A stretch of DNA of 64,000 nucleotides from an uncultured Bacteroides sp. GTDB taxonomy: Bacteria; Bacteroidota; Bacteroidia; Bacteroidales; Bacteroidaceae. Location: contig UQVZ01000015.1 in the NCBI GenBank assembly GCA_900544675.1, forward strand, positions 4,433 to 68,432, in the 5' to 3' direction. Each line of letters opens with the position of its first letter. Position 1 is the stretch's first letter. The position numbers were made by a program, and so were the translations under genes. The notes under the pieces are model-generated. The model was not told where the DNA came from and did not search any database. It worked only from the letters and a program-made list of their open reading frames with translations. Below, piece by piece: positions 59,266 through 64,000 of this stretch.

Positions 59266-60528
59266 TTAGTCTTCTACCCGTATAATCTCGCCTTCGGCAC
59301 TGAGATATACCTCTATTTCATCCCATACCTCTACTTCATAGAAAGTTCCTTGAGGAGTCTCTACACACTCGCAATCATCGTCTCCCCAATAAGCGTGTTC
59401 GCCAAACCTTTCTCTCAACGCCGCTTTTACGGCATCGGGCAATTCATCCGGATATACCTCATACGTTGTGCGCAACCATTCTTCGTTAAAGTTAAACACC
59501 ACGTCTTTTTCACGGCGGTCGTGTATGATTTCCACCTCGATACGGCCGTCATCGTAATCGCGTTCTTTCACGTATGCACCTGGATACCGCTCTTGCAGGA
59601 ATGCTTCGATGCCTGTAGTCACTTGGGTATCTCCGCCCGAAGGAACATCGATATCCGTCGAAGGACGGCCTATCTCTTCTCCGTTTTCATTCAGATACAC
59701 CTTCTTTTCACGGTCACCCCGCTCCAGTTCCACGCAATAATACACATCGGTCGTAGTCTCATAACGGTCTACATCGTCAATGCGGTAATCCGGATAATTC
59801 GCCTCAACAAATGTCCGGACCACATCGGGCGCATTCCGCCATCCGTATTCCGTCTTAGTACGCACCCACGATGAAGAAGCGTCGAACCACACTTCATGTT
59901 TCAAACCTTGATAAATGATTTCTATCTCCGTCCCGTTGCGCTCCATATCCACATCCACAATCCGTGCTCCGGGGAAATGTTGCGTAATCCAGGCATCGAT
60001 GCCGGTAGCCGGAGCCTGAGGCAGATAACCGGTATAATCGTTTTCCTTACCGTCCGAGTCCACTTGCTCGTTTACCAAGACACCGCTCTCTGTATAATAA
60101 AGGTCGACTTCCACTCCTTCGTGCTTCAACTCTACCACATAAAGTTTCTCCGCACCGTTACGCTCGAGCACATCTACCCGGTCATCTACCGTCCAGTTGG
60201 CATACGCACTTTCACTGATAGCCGTCTGTATGGCTTGGGGCAGCGCAGCGTATGGAATTTCGGTTTCGGTCATGCCCCAGTTGGCATTATCCAAAGCATA
60301 CCAAGCTACTGTCTCGCCATTCTCTCCGGGAAACTCTGCCACCGCATATCCATCTTTCACCGACCATTCGGCACGGGTGTTTCCATACTGGCTTTGAAAA
60401 GCATCCAACACAGCTTGTGGCACTTCCCCATTCCCGCCTGTCGGTTCATTCTCGTCATCACTACACGACACCATGAAAAGCATCCCGCTAATCAACAGTG
60501 CCCAAAAAGGCAAATACTTTCTCTTCAT
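59266..60528 (-). CDS. PepSY-like (putative beta-lactamase-inhibitor-like) repeat lipoprotein
   Basis: Lipobox MVSCSDD. Repeated ~80-aa modules with acidic E/D-rich strands (..RIVDVDMERNGTEIEIIY.. / ..RIDDVDRYETTTDVYYCVELE..) typical of PF11396. Confidence 0.55.
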   Translation of the reverse strand: MKRKYLPFWALLISGMLFMVSCSDDENEPTGGNGEVPQAVLDAFQSQYGNTRAEWSVKDGYAVAEFPGENGETVAWYALDNANWGMTETEIPYAALPQAIQTAISESAYANWTVDDRVDVLERNGAEKLYVVELKHEGVEVDLYYTESGVLVNEQVDSDGKENDYTGYLPQAPATGIDAWITQHFPGARIVDVDMERNGTEIEIIYQGLKHEVWFDASSSWVRTKTEYGWRNAPDVVRTFVEANYPDYRIDDVDRYETTTDVYYCVELERGDREKKVYLNENGEEIGRPSTDIDVPSGGDTQVTTGIEAFLQERYPGAYVKERDYDDGRIEVEIIHDRREKDVVFNFNEEWLRTTYEVYPDELPDAVKAALRERFGEHAYWGDDDCECVETPQGTFYEVEVWDEIEVYLSAEGEIIRVED

Positions 60529-60589
60529 AATTGTCTTCTTTTTTAGGGTTATGCTCCAAAACTAACAGGCAATTCTGAAAAGATTCTGA

Positions 60590-60720
60590 AATTTCAGATT
60601 TTAATCAAGAAAGCATGTCAAATTATTTCCAAACACAGAGACACAAAGGCACAGAGTTTTATATGCTTATCTCTGTCAAATTAATTCTCTGTGACTCTGT
60701 GTTTCTGTGTTCAATTCCTT
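60590..60720. repeat. Hairpin-forming cacagag-type repeat between proB and the PepSY gene
   Basis: aaacacagagacacaaaggcacagag pairs with ctctgtgactctgtgtttctgtgtt. Same family as 520-565 and 63900-63925. Confidence 0.55.
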
Positions 60721-60740
60721 AAATCCTACAACTCCACTAA

Positions 60741-61826
60741 CTAAAACTCCAAATACAAATAATCGTAATGCACCAGCGGGCGTTTCCCGTGCTTGCCCAA
60801 CATCTGCCGGGCTTCTTCCGAGCTTACCCCGATACGCCCCACGCCGATTTGGTTCTCTTCCTCATCCATAATCCGGACAATATCATCTTTCTCGAAATCA
60901 CCTTCGATGCGCGTTACGCCTACGGGCAGGATGCTCACCGCCTTCTTGCCTTTCACCGCCTTCGCCGCCTCAACATTCAGATGCAGTTCGCCTTTAGCGA
61001 AACCTTCGCTATGCGCTATCCATTTCTTTACGCTCGACACACCTTCGGGCGCAGGCACAAAGCGTGTGCAGACCGTATCGGCAGGACGTTCCAGCAAGTC
61101 TATCAGGATATTGTCACGCTTCCCGTTGGCAATAATCACCGTAATGCCTTCGTCCGCCACCTTGCGTGCAATCGTAGTCTTGGTAAGCATACCTCCCCGT
61201 CCGAAGCCCGACTTCTCGATCTGGATATAGTCGGAAAGGTCCTTTCCTTGCTCCACTTCCCGTATCACCGAAGTGCCGGGTTCGGAAGGCGAGCCGTTAT
61301 AAATACCGTCAATATTGCTCAGGATAATCAATGCCTGCGCGTCAAGCATCGAAGCCACCAGCCCCGAAAGCTCATCGTTATCGGTAAACATCAGTTCGGT
61401 CACCGATATGGTATCGTTCTCATTGACGATGGGAATCACCCCGTTCTCCAGCATCACCTCCATGCAATGCCGCTGGTTGAGGTAATGCCGGCGTGTGCCG
61501 AAGCTTTCCTTCGTAGTCAACACCTGTCCCACAGCCATCCCATGCTCGCGGAACAATTCGTAATAACGGTTAATCAGCTTGGCTTGCCCCACGGCTGAAT
61601 AGAGCTGGCGCTGGTCTACGCTATCCAGTTTGCGCGACACCTTTATCTCACTACGTCCCGAAGCCACCGCTCCCGAAGAAACCAGAATGACTTCCACACC
61701 TGCCTTGCGCAGCTCTGCCACCTGGTCGACCAATGCCGACATACGGGTCACGTCCAGTGTCCCGTCCTTACGAGCCAGCACATTGCTGCCTATCTTTACC
61801 GTTATCCGCTTGAATTGATATTCCAT
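60741..61826 (-). CDS. proB: Glutamate 5-kinase (with C-terminal PUA domain)
   Basis: RITVKIGSNVL...VILVSSGAVASG kinase N-terminus and a PUA-like C-terminus. Confidence 0.9.
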   Translation of the reverse strand: MEYQFKRITVKIGSNVLARKDGTLDVTRMSALVDQVAELRKAGVEVILVSSGAVASGRSEIKVSRKLDSVDQRQLYSAVGQAKLINRYYELFREHGMAVGQVLTTKESFGTRRHYLNQRHCMEVMLENGVIPIVNENDTISVTELMFTDNDELSGLVASMLDAQALIILSNIDGIYNGSPSEPGTSVIREVEQGKDLSDYIQIEKSGFGRGGMLTKTTIARKVADEGITVIIANGKRDNILIDLLERPADTVCTRFVPAPEGVSSVKKWIAHSEGFAKGELHLNVEAAKAVKGKKAVSILPVGVTRIEGDFEKDDIVRIMDEEENQIGVGRIGVSSEEARQMLGKHGKRPLVHYDYLYLEF

Positions 61827-61840
61827 TTTTCAGTTTATTT

Positions 61841-62167
61841 TCAGCTTGTAATACGTTGTGATTCTTTCCGTTTATAAACTACAACGCCTCGACGGTTTAT
61901 ATGGTCAATCAAGTCTTTATTGCCTAAAGCATGATATAAGGACAAATCAACTTGATAAGGAAGCAGCAAGTCATCTATCGCCAACGATAACCGAATCAGG
62001 TCTTTTCGTGATAAGTCCTTTCCCATCAAAGTTATATCAACGTCAGAAAAAGGCTTGAAGTTACCTTTTGCGCGCGAACCATAAAGGATTGCCTGTTCGA
62101 TACAGCCGTTTGCTGCAAACACGTCAAGCAAACCCTTCCATTCTTTATCTGTCAATCCGTAATGCAT
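61841..62167 (-). CDS. Pol-beta-superfamily nucleotidyltransferase (MNT-type antitoxin-like)
   Basis: GSRAKGNFKPFSDVDITL is the GSx(n)DxD minimal NTase motif. 108 aa. Confidence 0.75.
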   Translation of the reverse strand: MHYGLTDKEWKGLLDVFAANGCIEQAILYGSRAKGNFKPFSDVDITLMGKDLSRKDLIRLSLAIDDLLLPYQVDLSLYHALGNKDLIDHINRRGVVVYKRKESQRITS

Positions 62168-62220
62168 ATATCACAATATTTTATTAGCAAGCCAAGTTTC
62201 ACAAATTACAGAAACATGAC

Positions 62221-62670
62221 TTATAATTCAACCAGTTCCGACATTTTTTCTTTAAAACGGACAAACAACGGATAATACACATGCACAATGGCTTCGTAAA
62301 TTTCCTCTGCCGTTTCGGCATCATAATTATGAGAAGTCAGATTACGGTCGCCAATGGAATCCATCCACCGTTTATCCTCTATCAATCCCATACCGAAAGC
62401 CATCCGCAAAGCGTCACGCGAACCTCTTACTTCCGTATATCCTTGATACTCCGCGTAATCCTTCATCACTTTCCACGCCAATTCATGCGTATATTCAAAA
62501 CGCTGTATCAAGCCCTCTTTCAACAAATAATCGACTTCCTCTTCCTTTCCTTCCTGCCGTGAAACAATCTCCACAGCCTGTTTCAGACGCTCTACAGCTT
62601 TACGGTAATTGTTGAAACGCTGTATCCAACGTATGTCATTGTCTGTTGCTTTATCCATAATTGTCTGCAT
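62221..62670 (-). CDS. HEPN-type nucleotidyltransferase-substrate-binding protein (HI0074 family; HepT-like toxin)
   Basis: RNLTSHNY matches the HEPN Rx4HxY motif. 149 aa, 53 bp upstream of the MNT gene. Confidence 0.75.
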   Translation of the reverse strand: MQTIMDKATDNDIRWIQRFNNYRKAVERLKQAVEIVSRQEGKEEEVDYLLKEGLIQRFEYTHELAWKVMKDYAEYQGYTEVRGSRDALRMAFGMGLIEDKRWMDSIGDRNLTSHNYDAETAEEIYEAIVHVYYPLFVRFKEKMSELVEL

Positions 62671-62758
62671 TTATACCAAGACCTGTGTAGCAAATGTACG
62701 GATTTTCTTTGGAATAACTGCATAAGTAACATAACAAAATAAGTTCTTTCTTTAAGGC

Positions 62759-62875
62759 AATAACAGTTTCACCCTATTTCAATATAGTGAAACAAGTGTT
62801 TCACCTATAAGAAACAGTTGTTTCACCTAGCTGAAACACTTGTTTCAACTATAAGAAACTGCCTGAAACTACTGG
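62759..62875 (-). repeat. Dispersed GTGAAACA-NN-TGTTTCAC palindrome-array element (copy 2, inverted relative to copy 1)
   Basis: Its reverse complement aligns with 37893-38008: cagtagtttcagg...gtgaaacaactgtttc...gtgaaacacttgtttcac...agggtgaaactgttatt. Confidence 0.6.
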
Positions 62876-63025
62876 TTGCATCAGGGAAGCAGATAAAAGA
62901 CCTTGTCTGAAGAGACAGATCCAGGCAGGAAATCGGATGGGTTCATTCCTTACACAGATAGGGAATGCAAGAAAATGCAGAAACGGAACTACGGAACTCA
63001 ACTTGTAATTTTCCGCAAAAAATTC

Positions 63026-63033
63026 TACCTTTG
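63026..63033 (+). promoter_or_regulatory. -7 box TAccTTTG for the Cof-type hydrolase gene
   Basis: tacctttg sits 24 nt upstream of the ATG at 63057. Confidence 0.45.
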
Positions 63034-63056
63034 CGCACGAAAATATAAGTCAGATT

Positions 63057-63839
63057 ATGGTCAAAGCAATCTTTTTCGATATAGACGGCACACTCGTCTC
63101 ATTCAAGACACATACGATTCCCCAATCTACCCGTGACGCTTTGGCACAGCTCCGCGAAAAGGGAATCAAGGTATTCATTTCTACAGGACGGCCTAAGATA
63201 TTGATGATGAAAGCGGTGGGCGACCTGCCTTTCGATGGCTATATCACCCTGAACGGCGTGCATTGCTTCACCTCTACCGGGCAGGACATTTACAAAGACC
63301 GTATTCCGGCAGATGATATCGAACGCCTCATCCGGTTCAACAAGCAGCGTCCGGATATCCCGTTTGTCTTTGTACACGATGATACCTGGTTCATTACTGG
63401 CGTAAACGAAGCGGTGCAGGAAGTAGCCGACCTGATTGAAATCACCATTCCTCCCGTCCGTCCCATCGAATATGCACGCGACAAGGAAATCATGCAAATC
63501 ATGGGCTACTTCAAGGCAGGCGACGACGATGAAGTATTTGCCAACGTACTGAAACATTGCGAGCCGATGCGCTGGTATCCGCTCTTTGCCGACATCATCG
63601 CGCGAGGGAACAGCAAGAGCCACGGCATCGACAAGGTCATCGCACATTATGGCATCGACCTGAAAGATACCATGGCGTTCGGCGATGGCGGCAATGACAT
63701 CCCTATGCTCCGTCATGCAGGCATCGGTGTGGCTATGGGCAACGCTGCCCCCGAAGTGCAGAATGCCTCCGACTTCGTAACCACCTCGGTAGACGAGGAC
63801 GGCATCCTGAACGCCTTGAAGCATTTCGGCGTGTTGTGA
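63057..63839 (+). CDS. Cof-type HAD-IIB phosphatase/hydrolase
   Basis: MVKAIFFDIDGTLV (motif I), FISTGRP (motif II), GDGGNDIPM (motif IV). Confidence 0.8.
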   Translation: MVKAIFFDIDGTLVSFKTHTIPQSTRDALAQLREKGIKVFISTGRPKILMMKAVGDLPFDGYITLNGVHCFTSTGQDIYKDRIPADDIERLIRFNKQRPDIPFVFVHDDTWFITGVNEAVQEVADLIEITIPPVRPIEYARDKEIMQIMGYFKAGDDDEVFANVLKHCEPMRWYPLFADIIARGNSKSHGIDKVIAHYGIDLKDTMAFGDGGNDIPMLRHAGIGVAMGNAAPEVQNASDFVTTSVDEDGILNALKHFGVL

Positions 63840-63842
63840 TTG

Positions 63843-64000
63843 TTTTCACCACAGATTACACAGATTTTTTTCTTCAATGGATTACGCAGATTAACAAATT
63901 TATTTCTCTGTGCCTCCGTGTCTCTGTGTTCGATTTTATTTGAAACGCAGATTCACGCAGATTATTCTTTTCACCACAGATTACACAGATTAAATAAATT
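63843..64000. repeat. Dispersed intergenic repeat element B (copy 2; runs to the window edge)
   Basis: ttttcaccacagattacacagatttttttcttcaatggattacgcagattaacaaatttatttctctgtgcctccgtgtctctgtgtt..., then a second caccacagattacacagattaaataaatt unit as in 500-520. Confidence 0.65.

Noticed and set aside
63843-64000. cacagattacacagatt (GATTACA) and related word-like repeats as synthetic or vector contamination
   Set aside because: Multiple diverged copies are embedded in different native intergenic contexts, at least six sites in both orientations, with copy-specific indels. They overlap genuine gene ends. This is consistent with a genomic repeat family rather than an artefact.

Overview
This 64 kb window is a chromosomal segment from a Bacteroidales (Bacteroidota) genome. 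I infer this from the TAnnTTTG -7 promoter boxes, absent Shine-Dalgarno sequences, the FeoB-associated Cys-rich protein, the rseC-rnf arrangement, TPR/HTH regulators and PorT-like outer-membrane proteins. Roughly 50 genes are present and most are core metabolism. They include the feoB 3' end, a gltB-gltD-asnB-dapF-dapL block (all minus strand), a complete rseC-rnfBCDGEA operon, fba, rpmE (type B L31), copA, xth-dgkA-PAP2, proB, and a TetR-methyltransferase-ABC-ABC exporter operon. There is also an XRE/cupin regulator next to an acyl-CoA synthetase, a tRNA-Cys(GCA), and several lipoprotein or outer-membrane genes. Four accessory items stand out. First, a 1418-aa RecB/Cas4-like PD-(D/E)XK nuclease fused to an Upf1-like SF1 helicase with an uncharacterised 380-aa C-terminus, translationally coupled to a lipoprotein; this has a Dna2/Nhi-like architecture and is the best candidate for an undescribed defence module. 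Second, a HEPN(HI0074)-MNT toxin-antitoxin pair. Third, a membrane polyferredoxin / Tat-exported AKR-FeS / DUF1893 operon with a divergent Crp/Fnr regulator. Fourth, a dense set of dispersed, hairpin-forming, low-complexity intergenic repeat families, two of which occur as inverted copies 12-25 kb apart. I found no CRISPR array, integrase, transposase or rRNA.
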